DNA from: a bacterium
GTDB lineage: Bacteria > Zhuqueibacterota > QNDG01 > JAFGCO01
Length of the DNA stretch: 64,000 nt
NCBI GenBank assembly: GCA_016932575.1
Contig: JAFGCO010000063.1
Coordinates: forward strand, 5,901 to 69,900
Direction of reading: 5' to 3'
Shown piece by piece: positions 40,501-50,583 of the stretch. The notes below the pieces were generated by a model, which was given only the letters and a program-made list of their open reading frames with translations, was not told the origin of the DNA and did not search any database. Position 1 is the stretch's first letter. Each line of letters opens with the position of its first letter. Made by a program: the position numbers and the translations under genes.

Positions 40501-41974
40501 CAATGCTGTTGAAGCCACGCTGTGCAACCAGTGGAAAGCAGTTTTGATTATCGATGCTCCGAGTATTAACGATGATTTTTTTAAATGCGGAGGCAATTCC
40601 GTTAAAGCCATACAGCTGCAGGCGCGTCTATCGGCGCAATATCATATGAAGATTCAGGATATATATGACTGCCCCACAATTGCTCTCCTGGCTGAAAGAG
40701 TCACAAAAAAGCCGGAAGATTTCACTGTCTCTGCCAAATCGATAGCAAATAAGCTTGAAAGCATAGACCGGGAATCCCTGCAGTCATCTCTGGGACCAGC
40801 CATACGGCAATATAAAAACAAAGTGCATCAGGAACTCCCCGATAAAATGACGAAACCTGATTATCCGGAAAATATTTTCTTTACGGGTGCCACAGGATTT
40901 TTAGGGGCACATCTGTTTTATGACTTGCTTCATTTCACCCGGGCGAATATTTATTGTCTTATTCGGGGGCCGGAGGAGAAGGTAATTGAACAACGCTTGA
41001 AAGACACATTGGCTTTTTATTTTAATACAAATATCGGCTCTCAGTTCAGCAGTCGTATTAAGCTATTTGCAGGAGATATAGGGCAAGAAAAGTTCGGACT
41101 GGATTTGGATCAATATCATCGGGTGGCTTCGGATGTGGATTGTATTATCAATACTGCGGCCAATGTCAAGCACTTCGGTCCGGTCGAATCGTTTTCAGGA
41201 CCCAATGTGGCTGGCGTGTCAGAATTGCTGCGGCTAATGTCAATGGGACGTTCAAAGATTCTGCATCATATATCGACAACAAGTGTGGGCATGGCCTATT
41301 CGGATCGCGATCAAAGCATACTTTTTACGGAATACCATGAAAATGAACAGTTATCTCATGAGAACCCATATATCCATTCCAAGCTTCAGGCGGAAAATCT
41401 GATATTTCAGGCAAGAAAAAACAATCTGGATGCAAGAATCTACCGTGTTGGCAATCTGGTCTTTCATTCCAAAACCGGGCAATTTCAGAAAAATATTCAA
41501 GACAATGCCTTTTACCAGGCCATACGGGCATTATTACTTTTGGGTATGATTCCCGATATTCCCCGTCTGCCGCTTGAATTTTCTCCTATTGATGCTGTCA
41601 GCAGTGCATTAATGAAGCTGTTTTTTCAAAAAGCATATTTTCAAAAGACCTTTCATGTTTATCATCCTGATATGATAGAAATTGGAAAACTGGGGAACTG
41701 GTTCAATCAATGGAATCCGGACATCCGTGTTTTACCCGGAAAATTATTTTTCGATGAATTGTATCGGATGATCGAGAAGAATGGTCAATCTCTCTCTTTT
41801 CATGCAATCCTTCAATATTTTCAAATATTAATCCGTAATGACGTGACTCATTGTATCCCCAGTAACTATAAAACGAATGTCATTTTGAAAAATTTGAATT
41901 TTCAATGGCCTGTCATCTGTGAGGACCATGTTTTCAGAATGCTCAAGCATGGGCGTTCTGTTAATTTTTGGTGA
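37592..41974 (+). CDS. NRPS module 2: C-A-T-thioester reductase (R)
   Basis: PLTPMQEG, HHIILDGWS, YTSGSTGEPKG, GGNSV, TGATGFLG and YIHSK. Confidence 0.93.
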   Translation: MNNSAKIQHILPLTPMQEGILFNYLQSPNSEAYFEQTAFNIHGDIDMETVFHSFEIWVKRHDIFRTLFIYRDVEKPKQIVLHHRKCTVFFNDLSSEDETGIGALIEAYQKQDRKRGFDLSRDMPIRLAVFRIGKEIYRFIFSFHHIILDGWSFGLLMSEFFEIYQPLRQNQKVHCEKNHSFRQYVLWLQKQNFNHAYAYWTRYLNDYENPVKLPGRMTTRYSSSSYDRQVKDIAFTRAVCQSIQELTRTNQITLNTFIQAIWGILLQRYNNTDDVVFGTVVSGRHAEIDNIDRTVGLLINAVPVRVTASPQMTVTDLFQAIHTRYAASSQYDFCSLSEIQSRSGFSGDLINHVLVFENYMKADVVKAFLGDTHEFPFYISDVSLFEQTNYDFNLLVIPGERLQIKIIFNAKIFSSQTIERILGHFRKTVQEVLKNPKIKIHMLDILPDTEKKQLMQNFQAETVNMPPFKPLQCWFEEQAEKSPDRTAVCDESGEITYGELNTLANQWAWYLKELGIGPEVIAGVFMERSIDLIVGMLAVLKAGGAYLPLDISTPKARVKKILRSSRMKCMLTQASHVDKISSEIPIVIIDHVKDISGYSVENPPVSAEAGHLMYVIYTSGSTGEPKGVMVEHGGFHNLLCNLNYLFHLSPEDRCSQVASPSFDAMGFEIWPCFTNGSELYFVPGHICKDPIQIFQWIKDNNITFSFQVTAISELLISMDWPDSSCLRILCTGGDRLKKYPPRNLPFKLYNVYGPTEDSVVTSCCEIHACDSKFYTPPIGYPLNDHFIYILDNFKRIQPIGCEGELFIGGAGLARGYINDEKLTKQKFIQIPIFKNGRLYKTGDIVSWLENGALEYIGRKDFQVKIGGHRIELGEIESLLMNMPGIQDCVAHVMQNDSGIVSLGAYYSADRIYEYKDLKSYLQKELPIYMVPDYFFQLEQLPYNTNGKIDRKMLPKPRRLSSGPKNRQGPRNAVEATLCNQWKAVLIIDAPSINDDFFKCGGNSVKAIQLQARLSAQYHMKIQDIYDCPTIALLAERVTKKPEDFTVSAKSIANKLESIDRESLQSSLGPAIRQYKNKVHQELPDKMTKPDYPENIFFTGATGFLGAHLFYDLLHFTRANIYCLIRGPEEKVIEQRLKDTLAFYFNTNIGSQFSSRIKLFAGDIGQEKFGLDLDQYHRVASDVDCIINTAANVKHFGPVESFSGPNVAGVSELLRLMSMGRSKILHHISTTSVGMAYSDRDQSILFTEYHENEQLSHENPYIHSKLQAENLIFQARKNNLDARIYRVGNLVFHSKTGQFQKNIQDNAFYQAIRALLLLGMIPDIPRLPLEFSPIDAVSSALMKLFFQKAYFQKTFHVYHPDMIEIGKLGNWFNQWNPDIRVLPGKLFFDELYRMIEKNGQSLSFHAILQYFQILIRNDVTHCIPSNYKTNVILKNLNFQWPVICEDHVFRMLKHGRSVNFW

Positions 41975-42119
41975 TTTTTGTTCGTGTATGATAAAAATTC
42001 TCATCGTTATTGCATATTTGACTTGCAATTTTCAATAAATTTTATTAATAAATAAATAATATTATCGATCTTCCTTGATCAGCATAGCAATTTTAAATCA
42101 TCATCGGAAGGAGGGGAAG

Positions 42120-44300
42120 ATGGAGCGTAAGAAATATTTTGCGGGATTATTTGCTCTGATAATGTTTTTTACGGGATTTATCTTCTTTGCAAGAGCCGGA
42201 TGGAAAGATAGCGTTCAGCCGGAGGAGCTCTTTGCCATGTCTCTCAGAGAGCTGATGGATGTAGAAATGGAAATTGTAACTGCAGGAAAAATCCCTGAGA
42301 AAATCGGAGAAGTACCGGCCAGTGTTGTTCTGATCGAAAGGGAAGATATTGAAGCCACCGGTTTTCAAACTCTGGCCGATGTGTTGAGCCATATTCCCGG
42401 GCTTTTCCCCATTGATGATTATTCCTATGACGGTGTCAATTTCGGAGTGCGGGGATTCTGGACCGGTGTTGTCAACCGCAATATTATTATTCTGGTAAAC
42501 GGAGTCAATCAATTGTCGGATTACGGTGCCAATTTTCCCCTGAATAAAATCAATGTACCAGTGGAGGCCATTGACCGGATTGAAGTGATCCGGGGTCCAA
42601 TGTCCGTGGTTTACGGTACAGGCGCGTTTTTCGGTGTGATCAATATAGTCACAAATGAAATCAATAAAGGCAATACTGTCAGTCTGTTTTCGGTTTCAGG
42701 CGGTTCGCAGGGTCAAAAAAAGGCGGTTTTGAGGATTTCGGATAAAATTGAAAGTTTTCAATATGTGGTCAATGCATCGATTTATCAAACAGAGGGTCCG
42801 GACGTTCCTTTTACAAAATTAATGAATCATCCAGAAAGTTTGGTGAATTATAATCTGTCAAAAGATCATACCACTCACAAACAACTGGAGAATGTTAAAA
42901 AATATTTCAATGTTTCCGGAAGATCGGATCAAATATTTTTTGATTTCAGTTTTGCTCAGACGGATAAAGAAATATATATGGTATATCCGTCCTATTCCGA
43001 CGGATCACTGTTTACTTCGACGGCTGTGAACATGGCTATCGGATATAAAAGACCATTTAATAAGTTCATTTCACTGAATTCAAGATTGAGTTATCATTAT
43101 GCGCGGTATGGAGTTGACTGGAATTTTTTTATGGATCATTTTGATATGCAGCAATTCCTTGGAGAATCCGCATATGAGTTCGAATGCAATATCAATTATC
43201 ATGCAAATGACAAACTCGATATTACCACCGGCCTGCAATACCGCTCTTCTTTAGATATTGATAATACAGTGAGCGCTCCTTCCATAGGTGACCCGGGTAT
43301 GTTGCATACGCGATTTTATCTATATGACGACTCGAAAATAATCACACGCGCTTTGTTTTCTCAAGCCAATTTCACACCAATCAGCCGGCTCAAAGTCGTT
43401 GGGGGACTCCGGTTGGAACAAATGCCGGATCACAGTATCGGATACAGCCTGGCCCCTTCAGAAGCCGGCCAGCCGGCTTCTGTCAGTCAGCTCAAATACA
43501 GCTATAATACATGGGAAGCCATTCCCAGAGCGGCAGTGCTTTACAATATCAATAAAAACAATATTGTCAAATTGTTGTATGGCGAAGCGATCAACCGGCC
43601 TTCATTCCAGCAGTACATCGATAATTTCTTGGGCATTCAAAAAAGTCTCAAACCAGAAAAGATTAAAACCTATGAAATAAATTACATGGTATCGTTGTTC
43701 TCAGGTTTTACCGCAGGCATTAATATCTTCAGAAATGAAATGACGGACCTGCTCAGCCGTGATCAGGGTTTCAACCCAGGCTATTACTCCTTCTTTTCAA
43801 ATGTGGGTAAAATGAGAACACATGGCACTGAAATCACAATTATCGCGGAATCCGTCGATAAAAAACTCAATGTTGAAGCCAGCATTACATATCAGCAAAC
43901 CGAAGATCAACGACAGCCGGATATTGATGTGGCCTATTCGCCCAACTGGCTGGGATATCTCAAGGCCACGTACAAACCGATGGAAAATTATACATTCTCC
44001 CTGACTGCCCGATATGTGGACCGCATGCTGCCGTACTGGGATTCAAGTCCGTTGGATACATCAAATTCTGAAAGTCCGCCTGTAGGCCGCATAGGAGATT
44101 CCGTCAAAGGGTATGTCAATGTGGGTGCGAATTTCCGTGTGGATCATTTATTGAATACGAAATGTTATTTGAATATTCGCGGTTCAAATCTTCTGAATAC
44201 TGAGATCTATTATCCTACCTTTACAAACAACCGATGGGCAGATCGGGGGACTTTAGGAGAACCGCGAACATTTCTGGTTACGTTCGGAATACAATATTAA
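42120..44300 (+). CDS. TonB-dependent receptor
   Basis: Plug IDRIEVIRGPMSVVYG, N-terminal LFAMSLRELMDVE, C-terminal NLLN...PRTFLVTFGIQY; RBS ggagg. Confidence 0.92.
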   Translation: MERKKYFAGLFALIMFFTGFIFFARAGWKDSVQPEELFAMSLRELMDVEMEIVTAGKIPEKIGEVPASVVLIEREDIEATGFQTLADVLSHIPGLFPIDDYSYDGVNFGVRGFWTGVVNRNIIILVNGVNQLSDYGANFPLNKINVPVEAIDRIEVIRGPMSVVYGTGAFFGVINIVTNEINKGNTVSLFSVSGGSQGQKKAVLRISDKIESFQYVVNASIYQTEGPDVPFTKLMNHPESLVNYNLSKDHTTHKQLENVKKYFNVSGRSDQIFFDFSFAQTDKEIYMVYPSYSDGSLFTSTAVNMAIGYKRPFNKFISLNSRLSYHYARYGVDWNFFMDHFDMQQFLGESAYEFECNINYHANDKLDITTGLQYRSSLDIDNTVSAPSIGDPGMLHTRFYLYDDSKIITRALFSQANFTPISRLKVVGGLRLEQMPDHSIGYSLAPSEAGQPASVSQLKYSYNTWEAIPRAAVLYNINKNNIVKLLYGEAINRPSFQQYIDNFLGIQKSLKPEKIKTYEINYMVSLFSGFTAGINIFRNEMTDLLSRDQGFNPGYYSFFSNVGKMRTHGTEITIIAESVDKKLNVEASITYQQTEDQRQPDIDVAYSPNWLGYLKATYKPMENYTFSLTARYVDRMLPYWDSSPLDTSNSESPPVGRIGDSVKGYVNVGANFRVDHLLNTKCYLNIRGSNLLNTEIYYPTFTNNRWADRGTLGEPRTFLVTFGIQY

Positions 44301-44324
44301 TTATTAAATTAATAATGAGAAGGG

Positions 44325-44903
44325 ATGAGCAGAAGATTTAATTACAAGTCACAAAGCAGAAAACGGGTGATTCTCTGCTTTTTGTTTATGCTGTTTGGTG
44401 AAATCATACCCGGTTTCTCACAGCCGAGTGAGTATTTGTTAAAAGCTGTTTTTATTGAGAAATTTACTCGTTTTATTGAATGGCCTGAGTGTCATCAATT
44501 GGAAGATTCCTCAAAATCATTCATTATCGGCATTTTGGGTGAGAATCCTTTTGACGTGAATTTGGCAGCGCTGTATAAAAACCAGAAAATTAAAAATAAA
44601 CCTGTTGAAATCCGGCATTTTAGGCAAGTTGACAATATACGTGGATGTGATTTGCTGTTTATCTCAAAGTCGGAAAAAAACCATATTCAGCAGATTGTGG
44701 ATTATCTGGACGAAAAACCAGTACTGACAGTGGGTGATTCGGATGCTTTATCTGGAAAAGGTGTGATTATCAACATGTTTGTTTCTGATAACAAGATACG
44801 TTTTGAAATCGACGAGAGGGCGATGAACAGAGCAGGATTTCGTGTAAGTTATTTGTTGCTGAAAGAAGCGGTTATTGTCAATTCAAATCGAGACATGAGA
44901 TGA
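44325..44903 (+). CDS. YfiR family periplasmic protein
   Basis: [35 protein letters not shown]. Confidence 0.88.
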   Translation: MSRRFNYKSQSRKRVILCFLFMLFGEIIPGFSQPSEYLLKAVFIEKFTRFIEWPECHQLEDSSKSFIIGILGENPFDVNLAALYKNQKIKNKPVEIRHFRQVDNIRGCDLLFISKSEKNHIQQIVDYLDEKPVLTVGDSDALSGKGVIINMFVSDNKIRFEIDERAMNRAGFRVSYLLLKEAVIVNSNRDMR

Positions 44904-46243
44904 GAATTCTGCATAATATCCCGATCAAGTATAAAATTGTGATTATCATTCTGTCCATTACCTTACTGGTTATTGGGTTGGGTTTTTACATCGGGATGTT
45001 TCATTATGAGCGGAATTTAAAAACCGATCTGATTCATAATATGGAAGTGAATGCCAAGCTGATCGGGGAATATTGTGTCACACCTCTGGCATTTAATGAT
45101 TCTAACGGCGCGGAAAGAGTGCTAAGTAAGCTTCAAGCCATTCCTTTTGTTGTTTACGGCGGAATATTTAATGAACAGGAAGACATATTTGCTTCCTATA
45201 AAAAATTGGAAGAAATTACTGATCCTCCGTTTCCGGTGTACGGTAATAAACATATCTTTGACGGTCGTTATCTTCATGTGATTCAACCCATTGAATATGA
45301 AAATATATTATATGGTCATATTTATCTGGTCGGCTCGTTGGCTTCACTGAACAAAAAAATTCAAGAAGCAAAAACCTTTATGATTGCTCTTTTCGGTGTT
45401 TTAATCCTCTTTAGTTTTATCCTGGCGATCAAACTGCAAAATTTGATCTCTCAACCGATATTAAAGCTTGCGCAGGTTACTGAGCAGATCTCCAATGAAG
45501 CGGATTTATCCATGCGGGTCAAGAAAAAAGGATCCGATGAATTGGGGCTTCTTTATGACGGTTTTAATGCCATGATGGAACAGTTACATCAGCGGGAATT
45601 GGAGCGTGATCGAGCAGAGGAGGAGATTAAATCATCTTTGAGAGAGAAAGAGGTGATGCTCAAAGAAATTCATCATCGGGTAAAAAATAATTTACAGATA
45701 ATTTCAAGCCTGCTCAGCCTTCAATCCAATCATGTTCATGATGATAATGCATTGGCCATGTTTATCGATTGCCAGAATCGTGTGCGATCCATGGCTCTTG
45801 TGCATGAGAAACTTTATCATGCTCCCGATCTGGCCAGCATCAATTTTTCCGATTATGTTGAAACGCTGATTATGGGTCTGCAAACCACCTATCGTTCTGA
45901 TTTTCACCGTATTCAATTTGATATTGATATCATTGATGTCGCGCTGGCCATAGACCAGGCCGTACCATGCGGATTATTGATACATGAACTGGTGTCAAAT
46001 TCAATCAAACATGCTTTCAATTCGCATGCTGAAGGGCTTATTCAAGTGAAGCTTCGCAAGAATGACAACGGCGATTTATGTTTGTCTGTCCGGGATAATG
46101 GAGAGGGGATTCCGGAGGATATGGATTTCAGGAATACGGATTCTCTGGGATTGCGATTGGCAGTTGTACTGGCGGAAAAACAGCTTAAAGGTTCCATTAC
46201 ATTGGATAGAACCAGCGGAACGGCGTTTTATATACATTTTTAA
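44900..46243 (+). CDS. Membrane sensor histidine kinase (HAMP + HisKA_2 type)
   Basis: Two TM helices, [43 protein letters not shown]. Confidence 0.92.
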   Translation: MRILHNIPIKYKIVIIILSITLLVIGLGFYIGMFHYERNLKTDLIHNMEVNAKLIGEYCVTPLAFNDSNGAERVLSKLQAIPFVVYGGIFNEQEDIFASYKKLEEITDPPFPVYGNKHIFDGRYLHVIQPIEYENILYGHIYLVGSLASLNKKIQEAKTFMIALFGVLILFSFILAIKLQNLISQPILKLAQVTEQISNEADLSMRVKKKGSDELGLLYDGFNAMMEQLHQRELERDRAEEEIKSSLREKEVMLKEIHHRVKNNLQIISSLLSLQSNHVHDDNALAMFIDCQNRVRSMALVHEKLYHAPDLASINFSDYVETLIMGLQTTYRSDFHRIQFDIDIIDVALAIDQAVPCGLLIHELVSNSIKHAFNSHAEGLIQVKLRKNDNGDLCLSVRDNGEGIPEDMDFRNTDSLGLRLAVVLAEKQLKGSITLDRTSGTAFYIHF

Positions 46244-49200
46244 AAATTCCATCCCTTTCTGACACGTACTGTCGCAGTAATACTCATTAGTAGCTGCAAA
46301 CCCATAATGATATAAATGACATTTGGCAGCGGTGATGCTTCACCTGCGGCATAAGAATGAATGCCGGACAAGTAGAAATTAACGCCAATATAGGTCATCA
46401 GAACGGTCCAGATACCGAGTGTCGAACCAATATTTATTGAGAGAACTACGGATATTCCCGATATCAGTCTTAGATGCAGAATGATTGCATAAGTCAGAAT
46501 CACGATCAATGTCCAGGTTTCTTTTGGATCCCAGCCCCAATAGCGTCCCCAGGATTCATTTGCCCATATCGCGCCCAGTAAATTTCCAATCGTGACCAAT
46601 GTTAAGCCTATGATCATCGATCGTTCATTGATCCAGGTCAGTCGCTGAATCAACCGAGTTGAATAATTGTTTTTTTCTGAAAAGCTGATCATTGTTAGGG
46701 TAAACATGCCCAGTATGGCGGATAGACTGAAAAATCCGTAACTTGCGGTGATGACGGAAACATGTGTAAGCAGCCAGTGTGATTTTAAAACCGGTATGAG
46801 GTTGGTGATTCCGGGATCGGCCCATGGCATATGTGCAGCCCTGAGAACACCACTCGAAAGAACAGCCGCCAAGGATATTGGAAACCGGCTATTTTTTAGA
46901 AAAATTACACCGGAAAACATGATGGTCCAGGTGATATAGATCATGGATTCATATTTATTGGTCCAAGGCGCGTGTGCTGAGGCAATCCATCTCAGGATAA
47001 GTCCTGTCGTTTGTAAACCGAATCCGATAAGCAACAATCCGGTCAGGATCTTACTGACGGTTTCGATGCGCCACTCCGGTTTTATTATGATGATGGTCAT
47101 CCAAACAAACAAGAGTATGCCGGACCATAGAAAATACGGAGAGAGCCGTTGAAATATATTTATTTCATTGTAAAAAATTTCTACGTCACGCCTAAGAATC
47201 GAGGGCAGGATGGCTTTTCCGTGTTTCTGCTGGTAAATGTCAATTTTATTAAGCAGCTGATCCGCCATAGACCATTGGGACGATCTGATGGCTTGTTTAT
47301 AGTCGTGGATCAGTGAACCGGTCAAAGGCTCCAGTCTTTCGTCTGTATCAGAAATCCATCGGTCCGGGTTTTTTGGCATGGGAAATAATCGAAATAGGCC
47401 GCCTGCTCTAATATACTGAATTAACTTTAACTGATCTTGAGTCTTTAAAACTGCTTTGTCCAAATTTGACCGGGAATGCTTTGAAACTGATTCGGCACGG
47501 CGAACCCAATTTTCCAACAGGAATTTCCCATTTTTTGAATAAAAAACCGATGGCGGAGCGAATTTTGATTTTGAAGATATTCCCAACCGGTTATTGATTT
47601 CAGTATGCACCAGAGGTATCATGGGTAAATTTTGAATTGATTCAGGGTGGGTATATACGAAGAGAATCCATTGACTCGGGGACAGACTTAATGCTTGCTC
47701 CGGATGATCAAGATCCCTAAGCAATTCCTTCGCCATTGAATGAACAGGTTTCATGCGGCCTCGTTCATCCTGAACCATGAGTTTTGTAAATTGACCGGCA
47801 TGGTGCGGATTGATGTAGAAATTGAAATCGACAGAATTTCGGGCATACAGATGATTAAGCGGGAACAGCAGAACAATCAATGTAAGCATAAAAACTGTAC
47901 GAAGAAGGCATCCTATTTTTTGAAATCGACTTTTTGGATTGAAGAGGTTGAGGAATAAACAGATCATCAGGATTGCATAACCGACATAGGTCATCGGCGT
48001 ACCCGGATCCCTTGCTACAGAAAGAATGGAGCCTTTTTCGTCTTCATCATAAGACGTCTGGTAAAAACGGAATCCATGATATTTCAGTATATGATTCATA
48101 TAGATACGGTAAGACTTTTCAACTTCGGATTCAGAATCGATTATGGTAACCTGACTTTCATATGTAGAGGGCATTCGGGATCCGGGATATCGTTCGATGA
48201 TGAAATCGTTTAATCGAAGCTGGAATGGCAATGTTGTGACTAGGGATCCGTAGGTGAAAGCAAATTCTGTCCCATCAATAATAATTTTCTCAGGCACCCC
48301 TTCCATGTCAGGTCCTCCGAAAAGGGTGACCTGATGCGTTTTTGATTTTCCCGAAATGTTCAGGATAATTGCGCTGTAAGATTCAGTACCCGAAAAATTA
48401 TTTTCAACGGGCACAGCAGTAATCATGCCATGAGGAGTGTATGAATGCAATGCAAAGCGCACATTTTTCTGCTGAAACAGCAGTCCAGATTCCAGCATAG
48501 TCGATTGATTGACCGGAAGAAACATATGTTTTCTGTTTTTCATGTCGATCACGGAAAGTGCTTCGTTCGATCGGATTGTGGGCTGATTGTTTATTAAGGT
48601 TATAGAAATATATGTATCTTGAAATGTCTTTGGTTCTTCAAATGCGAATAAAATTTGATCGATTTTTTCATGCTCTCCGGGGCGGAGATATAGCGGGACA
48701 GGCCGATCATCGTCCAAGCTGACTGTCAATGTGATCACAGGACCGCCTTGAAGGTTTTCGACAACATTCGGAACCGCTTTTGGCAGATATTGATTGAGAT
48801 GAATATGCAGGGATTTAGATCCGGTTTTGATTGATTTTTGCCAGGGATTGTCAGTCATGGCAGAAAGCATGAGTGGAAAAGTATTTGTTTCTGTTTTATC
48901 ACCCTTGGTTGCTTGAATGCTTAAATAGGCTTTATCTGATAGAAGCCTGCCTGTTGTTTCGCCTTCACGGAAATGCAGGAGTCCCCGGTATCCTGAATAT
49001 CTTGTGATCGCGGCTCCGATCAGGATGAGTATAAATGCCGTATGAAATAATCCGATAAGCCATTTTTCCCTGCGCCATAATCGAAAACGGATGATGTTGG
49101 CAATAAGATTTGTTAACAGGAACAGATACAGCACTTCCAGCCATCGGGAATTGTAAATCAGGGCACGGGCAGTTTGTGTATCATATGTATCTTCTATAAA

Positions 49201-49284
49201 TGTGGCAGCTCCAAGTGCAACTGCATAAATTCCCGAGAGTATGATCATGAACTGCATCGAAAAGAAAAAACGGATTATTTTCAT
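46240..49284 (-). CDS. ccsA: Fused system II cytochrome c biogenesis protein CcsBA
   Basis: [18 protein letters not shown] tryptophan-rich motif, TM His (FHTAF, THVS, GIHSY), ResB-like N-terminus. Confidence 0.92.
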   Translation of the reverse strand: MKIIRFFFSMQFMIILSGIYAVALGAATFIEDTYDTQTARALIYNSRWLEVLYLFLLTNLIANIIRFRLWRREKWLIGLFHTAFILILIGAAITRYSGYRGLLHFREGETTGRLLSDKAYLSIQATKGDKTETNTFPLMLSAMTDNPWQKSIKTGSKSLHIHLNQYLPKAVPNVVENLQGGPVITLTVSLDDDRPVPLYLRPGEHEKIDQILFAFEEPKTFQDTYISITLINNQPTIRSNEALSVIDMKNRKHMFLPVNQSTMLESGLLFQQKNVRFALHSYTPHGMITAVPVENNFSGTESYSAIILNISGKSKTHQVTLFGGPDMEGVPEKIIIDGTEFAFTYGSLVTTLPFQLRLNDFIIERYPGSRMPSTYESQVTIIDSESEVEKSYRIYMNHILKYHGFRFYQTSYDEDEKGSILSVARDPGTPMTYVGYAILMICLFLNLFNPKSRFQKIGCLLRTVFMLTLIVLLFPLNHLYARNSVDFNFYINPHHAGQFTKLMVQDERGRMKPVHSMAKELLRDLDHPEQALSLSPSQWILFVYTHPESIQNLPMIPLVHTEINNRLGISSKSKFAPPSVFYSKNGKFLLENWVRRAESVSKHSRSNLDKAVLKTQDQLKLIQYIRAGGLFRLFPMPKNPDRWISDTDERLEPLTGSLIHDYKQAIRSSQWSMADQLLNKIDIYQQKHGKAILPSILRRDVEIFYNEINIFQRLSPYFLWSGILLFVWMTIIIIKPEWRIETVSKILTGLLLIGFGLQTTGLILRWIASAHAPWTNKYESMIYITWTIMFSGVIFLKNSRFPISLAAVLSSGVLRAAHMPWADPGITNLIPVLKSHWLLTHVSVITASYGFFSLSAILGMFTLTMISFSEKNNYSTRLIQRLTWINERSMIIGLTLVTIGNLLGAIWANESWGRYWGWDPKETWTLIVILTYAIILHLRLISGISVVLSINIGSTLGIWTVLMTYIGVNFYLSGIHSYAAGEASPLPNVIYIIMGLQLLMSITATVRVRKGWNF

Positions 49285-49344
49285 AATGACTCGCAGTGAT
49301 ATTATACAGAATTATATTTTCAAATCATGATCCCCTGGCTGGTT

Positions 49345-49911
49345 CTATTCTTCCTGCAGACATCGCTTCAGCATTTCGCGGGCGCGAAAGATGCGTGCTT
49401 TAACAGTGCCCAGCGGGATTTTCATCATTTCACTGATCTCTTCGTAGGATCGTTCTTCCTTGTGCCTCAATATAATCACTTGTTTATATCTTTCAGGCAA
49501 GCACCCAATGGCCTCATTGATCTGTTTTCGTTTTTCTGCAAATAGTATTTCCTTTTCAGGGCTGGTGGAATCGTCCCTGATTTCCTGCTGAACCTGACCT
49601 TCTTTGGTCTTGATAGGTTTGTCAAGGGGATAGGTTTTTAATTTCTTTTTCCGGATGGAATCGATGCAGTTGTTGAAGGCAATTTTATAAAGCCACGTGG
49701 AAAATGCGAATTGGTCATTATAACTGTCCAGTGCATTGAATGCTTTAATAAATGTTTCCTGGACAAGATCTTCAGTTTCCTCCCTGTTCTTGACCATCTG
49801 ATATATCATGTTGTATATACCGCGCTCGTATCGCTTGAGAAGAGCTTTATATGCTTTTTCATCGCCCTGTATGGCGCGTTTTATATTTTTCTGAATTTCT
49901 TCCGTTTGCAC
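49345..49911 (-). CDS. ECF RNA polymerase sigma factor
   Basis: EDLVQETFIKA, FSTWLYKIA, SYEEIS...GTVKARIFRAR. Confidence 0.93.
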   Translation of the reverse strand: MQTEEIQKNIKRAIQGDEKAYKALLKRYERGIYNMIYQMVKNREETEDLVQETFIKAFNALDSYNDQFAFSTWLYKIAFNNCIDSIRKKKLKTYPLDKPIKTKEGQVQQEIRDDSTSPEKEILFAEKRKQINEAIGCLPERYKQVIILRHKEERSYEEISEMMKIPLGTVKARIFRAREMLKRCLQEE

Positions 49912-50157
49912 AATGCGTCCTGAAATAAATTCAACTGGTTACCCTTTGATAATCAGATACAGGGATTCCTGAATGATTGATTTCGTAATAAATGATAATC
50001 TTTTGAAAATACAGGAAATTTATCCGGGAATCAAGAATTTTTTCTTGCAAATCGCATAAGAATTGATTTTATTGATTTAAATGTCATTCAACGACATGTT
50101 TATATAAAGTGTTCCAGCTGGTTTTTTAATGATTTGATTTTTAACAGGTTACTTATT

Positions 50158-50529
50158 ATGATCCGTGGTGTTGGTGTTGATCTTGTCGAAAAATCAAGAG
50201 TCGAACGTGCATTAGAGCGTTTCGGAGACCGTTTTGCCCGCCGGGTTCTGACAGAACTGGAGTGGTCGCTTTGTCAAAACAAAGGGGATTCAACCGGATC
50301 TGTTGCGGCGCGAATTGCTGCCAAAGAAGCAGTGTTTAAAGCGCTGGGAACTGGCTGGGCAAAAGGTGTTGGCTGGCATGATGTCGAGGTAGTCAATGAC
50401 AGTCAGGGCAAACCTCTGATCCGGCTTTACGGTGAGGCAAGCCGGCGAGCCGACGGATTCAGATTGCATTTGTCGATTTCTCATGCACGGGAATCAGCCG
50501 TTGCATTTGCAGTCATGGAGGAAGTTTAA
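50158..50529 (+). CDS. acpS: Holo-ACP synthase
   Basis: GVGVDLVE, AAKEAVFKALGTG, LSISH. Confidence 0.93.
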   Translation: MIRGVGVDLVEKSRVERALERFGDRFARRVLTELEWSLCQNKGDSTGSVAARIAAKEAVFKALGTGWAKGVGWHDVEVVNDSQGKPLIRLYGEASRRADGFRLHLSISHARESAVAFAVMEEV

Positions 50530-50583
50530 TTGGCGGCTGAAATATGTAATCGGTGATCGCGTGTTTGATTCAGGAGAATTCAT

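Noticed and set aside
26675-41974. KamA supplying beta-lysine to the NRPS, or the NRPS aldehyde inhibiting the local caspases
   Set aside because: Only proximity supports it; there are separate intergenic regions and the A pockets look hydrophobic.
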